From Candidatus Eiseniibacteriota bacterium (lineage in GTDB: Bacteria; Eisenbacteria; RBG-16-71-46), in assembly GCA_031366795.1 (NCBI GenBank), contig JANLOX010000395.1, forward strand, positions 1-11,353: a stretch of 11,353 nucleotides of DNA, in the 5' to 3' direction. A program made the translations under genes and the position numbers. A model generated the notes under the pieces. It did not search any database and was not told where the DNA came from. It saw only the letters and a list, made by a program, of their open reading frames with translations. This document shows positions 7,191 through 11,353 of this stretch, in pieces (the stretch's first letter is position 1; each line of letters opens with the position of its first letter).

Positions 7191-8989
7191 TTGGCCGCGT
7201 GCGTGCGCGGATTGCGGACTTGATCGCGGGAGTAATGGCTCGTGGCGCAGGGCGGCGTGAGGTCCTCGGCGCGCGTGCCGGGATTTCCGCACCGATCGTG
7301 GAATCGCGTATGCGACGCGGGGCGTTGGCCGCAGCCGCGCTCGTTCTCGTGGGGACGCGGCTCGTGTCGGAATCGCACGCCGCGACGGCGGCCCCATCCC
7401 CCGATGCCGCGGCCTGGTGGTCGCATATCCAGGTGTTGTCGGCCGACTCGATGCGCGGGCGCATGACCGGGACCGAGGACTACCTCCACGCCGCGCGCTA
7501 CGTCGCCGAGCGTTTCCGTGAGTACGGCGCCGTGCCGGCCGGCGACTCGCCGCGGCGGACGGATGCCGACGCGTACTTCCAGAACGTACCGTTTGTCTAT
7601 CACAAGATTCGCGAGTCCGAGTGTTCGGTGTCGTTATGGCGCGGCGACACGAAGTTGCCGTTCGTGTTGGGCACCGATGGCTACCTGCCCGCGACCGTCG
7701 AGTCCGCCGATACCATCGATGCCGGGTTGGTGTTCGTGGGCTATGGCCTGTCGGTTCCCGAACTCGGCTACTCGGATCTCAAGGGCGTCGACCTGCGCGG
7801 CAAGATCGCCGTCTATTTCCGCAGCGGCCCCGACACGCTGCCGCCGACCGTGCGCTCTCACGCGCAGTCGACTGACGTGCGCTGGTCGGGACTGCGCGAC
7901 GCGGGGGCCGTGGGATACATCGTGGTCGCCCCGGGGATGCGCCGCGGTGGCGGATGGCAACGCGCATTGAAGCAGCGTCTCCAGCCGGGGCTGTCGCTCG
8001 CTGATCCGAAACTCGATCCACTCGGCGGTGCGAAATTCACCATGCGCATCAGTCCTGCGTATTTTGATTCGGTGTTGGTGGGCTCGGGCCACACTACCGA
8101 GGAGTTGATCGCCCTTAACGAGCGCCATGTACAGATACCCGCATTCCCCCTCAAGGTGCGCGTGAGCGCGCGCGTGCGCTCCGACCGCAAGCTCGTGAGT
8201 TCGCCGAATGTCGTCGCAATCATTCCGGGCAGCGATCCGGTCTTGCGCAAGCAGTACGTCGTGGTCTCCGCGCACCTCGACCATCTGGGGATCGGTGCGC
8301 CAGTAAAAGGCGACTCGATCTTCAACGGCGCCATGGACAACGCCTCGGGCGTCGCAAGCGTGATCGAATTCGCGCGCCATGCGAGGGCCATGAAGCGACC
8401 ATTCCGGCGCTCGATCGTCTTGCTGGCAGTGACCGGTGAGGAAGAGCAGTTGTTCGGCTCATGGTGGTACGCCGCGCGCCCAACGGTTCCCGCGGGCGCG
8501 ATTGTCGCCGACATCAATCTCGATATGTTCCTGCCGATACTGCCCATGCGAGTCATCACGGTCTACGGGCGCACGGAATCCGATCTGGGCGCACGCTTCG
8601 CGGCCGTCGCCGCGCGCGCCGGGGTCGGCGTCGAGGATGACCCCGATCCCCGACGCAATTACTTCATCCGCAGCGACCAATACAGCTTTATCCGCAAGGG
8701 AGTTCCGTCACTGTTCTTCGAGGTCGGCGCCGGTTCGGATACTGCAGCCACCTCCAAACTCGCCGCCTGGAACCGCGACCACTACCACGATGTGACGGAC
8801 GACGTGGGCCAACCCGTGGACTTGGAAGTCGCCGCCGCGTTCACGCACTTGCTCTACGACTTCACGCGCGATGTCGCGAACGCGCCCGAAAAGCCGAAGT
8901 GGGCGAAGGGGAGTTTCTTCGCGCGATTCGCGACGCGGCCGGCGGCGCGCATGGGGACGTCGCGGCATGGGGTGGCGAGGCGGCGGTAG
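7187..8989 (+). CDS. Secreted M28 family metallopeptidase with PA domain
   Basis: LSADSMRGRMTG, PA insert LVFVGYG...DLKGVDLRGKIAV, zinc-ligand motifs SAHLDH, GAMDNASG, GEEE, NLDM, RSDQYSF, YHDVTDD. The start is either GTG 7187 (GTGA overlap with FIST) or ATG 7310, which gives a signal-peptide-like MRRGALAAAALVLVG...SHA. Confidence 0.93.
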   Translation: MIGRVRARIADLIAGVMARGAGRREVLGARAGISAPIVESRMRRGALAAAALVLVGTRLVSESHAATAAPSPDAAAWWSHIQVLSADSMRGRMTGTEDYLHAARYVAERFREYGAVPAGDSPRRTDADAYFQNVPFVYHKIRESECSVSLWRGDTKLPFVLGTDGYLPATVESADTIDAGLVFVGYGLSVPELGYSDLKGVDLRGKIAVYFRSGPDTLPPTVRSHAQSTDVRWSGLRDAGAVGYIVVAPGMRRGGGWQRALKQRLQPGLSLADPKLDPLGGAKFTMRISPAYFDSVLVGSGHTTEELIALNERHVQIPAFPLKVRVSARVRSDRKLVSSPNVVAIIPGSDPVLRKQYVVVSAHLDHLGIGAPVKGDSIFNGAMDNASGVASVIEFARHARAMKRPFRRSIVLLAVTGEEEQLFGSWWYAARPTVPAGAIVADINLDMFLPILPMRVITVYGRTESDLGARFAAVAARAGVGVEDDPDPRRNYFIRSDQYSFIRKGVPSLFFEVGAGSDTAATSKLAAWNRDHYHDVTDDVGQPVDLEVAAAFTHLLYDFTRDVANAPEKPKWAKGSFFARFATRPAARMGTSRHGVARRR

Positions 8990-9031
8990 CGGGAGTCGCG
9001 AGGCGTGGGTGGTGATGCGCGGCGTGACCAG

Positions 9032-9136
9032 TGTCTGCGCGCCCAGTCTCTGCGTTTAGTCGCGCTCAACTTTACTGTCCGCGCGGACAGTTCGGGCTGC
9101 GACCGGTGAGGCGCGCGAGGTGTCCGCGCGGACAGT
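9032..9136. repeat. Mini-array of palindromic repeats with ~45-bp period upstream of the HNH gene
   Basis: TGTCTGCGCGCCCAGT (9032-9047, 13/16 match), TGTCCGCGCGGACAGT (9076-9091), TGTCCGCGCGGACAGT (9121-9136). The intervening 28- and 29-nt segments are unrelated. Confidence 0.8.
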
Positions 9137-9210
9137 TGCCTCTGCGCCCCGGACCTGTCGATCAAGCGTCGCGTGACACGAAAAAATATCGCGCGGGGAA
9201 ATTATTTTGC

Positions 9211-9400
9211 TTGACGCCTCACGAGGGCCCGTCAGCCCTCGCCTCGCGAATGCCTCTTCATTCGCGCGCCAACGCGTCGAGGGTTTCGCCCTCGCGATTG
9301 CTGCGCGCCACCAGCGCAAAGTTCCGCGACGTGTTCGATTGTGCGCTCTCCGTGCACGCACGCGTGTCGAAAATGCGTGCGCTACAATCTCCCTCGAAGT
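9211..9400 (+). other. Hairpin-dense non-coding leader (candidate structured RNA or regulatory region) upstream of the HNH gene
   Basis: Consecutive stems CGAGGGC/GCCCTCG (9222-9241), CGCGAATG/CATTCGCG (9245-9266), CGAGGG/CCCTCG (9278-9294), TGCGC/GCGCA (9302-9318), GCACGCA/TGCGTGC (9354-9380). Confidence 0.4.
9383..9388 (+). promoter_or_regulatory. Possible -10 element (TACAAT) for the HNH gene
   Basis: 5/6 match to TATAAT, about 55 nt upstream of ATG 9444 in GC-rich DNA. No good -35 at 17 bp. Confidence 0.3.
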
Positions 9401-9443
9401 CATTGTCCCCGCGATCGACTTTCTGTTTTTGCGCGGAGTTGAA

Positions 9444-10511
9444 ATGAAGAACTACTCGTTGGACCAGCTCGCAGTTTCCGTTCTGCACCGTGACGCCATT
9501 CTCATCCACCGCAACGAGCGCGGCGCGTTGGCCCTGGCCGTCGCGCATGTCGGCGAAATCGACGCACGCAAGTCGTACCGCGAAGCCGGCTACTCATCGA
9601 TGTTCGCGTTCTGCGAACAGGTGCTGCAGTTGCAGGAGCAGGTCGCGCTCAAGCGCCTCCGGGTGGCGCGGGTGGCACGGCGCTTCCCGGTCATCTTCGA
9701 GTCGCTCGCTTCGGGAGAATTGAGCCTGACTTCGGTGATCCTCCTGACGCCGCACCTCACCGTTGGTACCGCGAGCGAGTTGATCGCCGAGGCTGCGAAC
9801 AAGTCCACATCGAAGCTCGATGAATTGCTGAAGCGCCGGTTTCCGCGCCAGGACCTGCCGGCGATGCTGGAAGCAGTCCCCGCGCCGCCGCCGATGCTGT
9901 GTGATCAGGTGTCCGCGCGGACAGTCGCGACTTCGATGCCGCGCCCGAAAGTGTCTCCGTTGTCCGAAGACCGCTTCGCGTTCCAGTTCAGCGCGAGCCG
10001 GCGCATGCGGGACAAGTTCCGCTACGCCCAGGAACTGCTCAGCCATCAGCTTCCATCGGGCGACATGGCCGAAGTACTCGAACGCGCGCTCGATCAGCTG
10101 ATCGCGAAGCTGGAGCAGCGCAAGTTCGGTGCGACGTCCCGCCCCCGCAAGGGCACCCCGCAGTCCGCGAAGAATTCCCGCCACATCCCGTCCCACGTGA
10201 AGCGCGCGGTCTGGCAGCGCGACGGCGCGCGGTGCACCTTCGTCAGCGATGACGGACATCGATGCGAGGAACGCAAACTCCTGGAGTTCGATCACATCAC
10301 CGAAGTCACGCGGGGCGGTCGGGCGACCGTGGCCGGGATTCGCTTGCGCTGCCGGACCCACAATCTGTTCACGGCGGAGTGCACGTTCGGGGCTGAGTTC
10401 ATGGCGACCAAGCGAGAAGCGGCGTGGCGGGTGGCAAAAGGGCGACGAGCAGCCAGCGATCGTTCGGTTGGGGAACGAGTGGGCTCAATGACGCCAGGTG
10501 CGGCGGCGTGA
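9444..10511 (+). CDS. HNH endonuclease-domain protein (355 aa): helical DUF222-like N-terminus, Pro-rich linker, C-terminal zinc-binding HNH domain
   Basis: GGAG at 9435-9438 before ATG 9444. The C-terminus RHIPSHVKRAVWQRDGARCTF......RC....LEFDHI....GG..T..GIRLRCRTHN is an HNH signature. N-terminal AHVGEIDARKSYREAGYSSMFAFC...RLRVARVARRFP.IFE.LASGELSL resembles DUF222-type HNH proteins. Confidence 0.85.
   Translation: MKNYSLDQLAVSVLHRDAILIHRNERGALALAVAHVGEIDARKSYREAGYSSMFAFCEQVLQLQEQVALKRLRVARVARRFPVIFESLASGELSLTSVILLTPHLTVGTASELIAEAANKSTSKLDELLKRRFPRQDLPAMLEAVPAPPPMLCDQVSARTVATSMPRPKVSPLSEDRFAFQFSASRRMRDKFRYAQELLSHQLPSGDMAEVLERALDQLIAKLEQRKFGATSRPRKGTPQSAKNSRHIPSHVKRAVWQRDGARCTFVSDDGHRCEERKLLEFDHITEVTRGGRATVAGIRLRCRTHNLFTAECTFGAEFMATKREAAWRVAKGRRAASDRSVGERVGSMTPGAAA
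9910..9923. repeat. Intragenic copy of the TGTCCGCGCGGACA palindrome in the HNH linker (encodes VSARTV)
   Basis: AGGTGTCCGCGCGGACAGT at 9907-9925 is identical to 9118-9136. Confidence 0.9.
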
Positions 10512-10619
10512 CGAGCGCCCGGATGTGCTCGGGGACGCCGCACGCAGAGGGCGGGACAGCCCTGCGCGCGCGGCGTCCCGACCCCCGCCGCGAGGTGGCT
10601 CGTCGCATTTTGCCGCCGC
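10500..10619 (+). other. Nested GC-rich stem-loop downstream of the HNH stop (possible 3' RNA structure, terminator or element end)
   Basis: GGGACGCCGC/GCGGCGTCCC (10532-10541/10570-10579), inner AGGGC/GCCCT, outer GACGAGC/GCTCGTC (10510-10516/10598-10604) and GCGGCGGCG/TGCCGCCGC (10500-10508/10611-10619). Confidence 0.45.
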
Positions 10620-10653
10620 CCAGCCCCGCGTGCCCGCGCCCCGTCCGATCGTG

Positions 10654-10659
10654 TACTAT
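10654..10659 (+). promoter_or_regulatory. Possible -10 element (TACTAT) for the thiolase gene
   Basis: TAnnAT hexamer about 57 nt upstream of ATG 10716, with a weak GTGCCC -35-like hexamer at 10630-10635. Confidence 0.3.
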
Positions 10660-10715
10660 CCGGCCCGCTTTCCCATGATCCCAACGCCCTTCCAATCCCT
10701 AACGGAATCCTCCCA

Positions 10716-11353
10716 ATGACTGCATATCCAGACGTTTTCATCGTGGGCGCTGCGCGTACTCCGATTGGCAAGTTCCTGGGCGGGCTGTCTTCGCTCAAGG
10801 CTTCGGACCTCGGGGCGATTGCCATCAAGGAGGCGCTCGTGCGCGCGGGGGTTTCGGGCGCGGACGTTGAAGAAGTCCTGATGGGGCATGTGGTGCAGGG
10901 CGGGCAGGGGCAGGCTCCGGCGCGGCAGGCCCAGATCAAGGCGGGCGTCAATCCGGTTTCGGGCGCGGTCACCATCAACAAGGTGTGTGGCTCGGGGCTC
11001 AAGGCCGTCATGCTCGGGGCGCAGGCGATCAAGGCTGGCGATGCGCACTGTCTCGTCGCGGGTGGGCAAGAGAGCATGAGCACCGCTCCTCACTACGACT
11101 TCGCGGCGCGCACGGGGACGAAGCTTGGCGACGTCACGCTGCGCGATGGCGCGGTGTTCGATGGGCTGTGGTGTTCCTTTAACAACTGCCACATGATCGA
11201 GTTGGCGCAGTACACGGCGGAGAAGGCGGGGCTAAATCGCGCGGAGATCGATGCGTTCTCCGTGGGCAGCCACGCGAAGGCCGCTGCGGCGTGGGCGGAG
11301 GGGCGCTTCGCTCAGGAAGTCGTGCCGGTTTCGATTCCGCAGCGGAAGGGCGA
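10716..11353 (+). CDS. Acetyl-CoA C-acetyltransferase (thiolase), 3'-truncated by the window end
   Basis: Absent from the ORF track because it has no stop in the window. Translation MTAYPDVFIVGAARTPIGKFLGGLSSLKASDLGAIAIKEAL...GQAPARQA...TINKVCGSGLKAV...VAGGQESMS includes the acyl-enzyme Cys motif. Confidence 0.96.
   Translation, partial: MTAYPDVFIVGAARTPIGKFLGGLSSLKASDLGAIAIKEALVRAGVSGADVEEVLMGHVVQGGQGQAPARQAQIKAGVNPVSGAVTINKVCGSGLKAVMLGAQAIKAGDAHCLVAGGQESMSTAPHYDFAARTGTKLGDVTLRDGAVFDGLWCSFNNCHMIELAQYTAEKAGLNRAEIDAFSVGSHAKAAAAWAEGRFAQEVVPVSIPQRKG

Noticed and set aside
8854..9165. Minus-strand ORF containing QLSARTP...ELSARTV, as a possible remnant of a second HNH linker
   Set aside because: A palindrome gives the same peptide on both strands and the 45-bp period keeps it in frame. 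No other HNH similarity is visible and the ORF overlaps the M28 gene. Not fully excluded without tBLASTn.
9032..9178. Canonical CRISPR array
   Set aside because: Repeats are only ~16 bp, just two are exact, no cas genes are in the window, and the same repeat occurs inside a CDS and at a solitary site.
9207..9443. 79-aa N-terminal extension of the HNH ORF from TTG 9207
   Set aside because: ATG 9444 has a well-spaced GGAG and family-like sequence begins there. The extension runs through the hairpin region.
9444..10511. IscB, TnpB, Cas9 or RAYT/IS200 transposase
   Set aside because: No PLMP, split RuvC or HUH/Tyr motifs are recognisable; only an HNH-type signature is present.
8990..10715. Classical IS element with terminal inverted repeats and target-site duplication around the HNH gene
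   Set aside because: No convincing TIR or direct-repeat pair was found by eye and there is no DDE transposase.
10498..10719. 73-aa ORF as a frameshifted C-terminal domain of the HNH protein or a small gene
   Set aside because: Low-complexity sequence with no recognisable domain, and it coincides with the stem-loop and the probable thiolase promoter.

Overview
GC-rich bacterial window (lineage not determinable from the sequence alone). The + strand carries a fatty-acid/branched-chain acyl-CoA neighbourhood: the 3' end of a cobalamin-binding (methylmalonyl-CoA-mutase-type) protein with a histone-H1-like tail, a SAM methyltransferase coupled to a flavodoxin/iron-sulfur-flavoprotein-like gene, an acyl-CoA dehydrogenase, a FIST sensor, a PA-domain M28 peptidase and the 5' part of a thiolase. 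A membrane Ser/Thr kinase with PD40/TolB-like propeller repeats lies on the - strand. The most unusual element is a stand-alone HNH-domain gene (9444-10511) linked to a 14-bp perfect palindrome, TGTCCGCGCGGACA. The palindrome occurs four times exactly: twice 45 bp apart upstream of the gene (with a degenerate third copy 44 bp earlier), once in-frame inside the gene's own linker, and once about 7 kb away between convergent genes. The distant copy is part of a ~48-bp hairpin homologous to the one at 9058-9104, and the outer-stem differences between the two preserve pairing. The HNH gene is also flanked by hairpin-rich non-coding DNA on both sides. This looks like a candidate HNH/palindromic-repeat (REP-like or RNA-associated) system, but its function is inferred, not shown.
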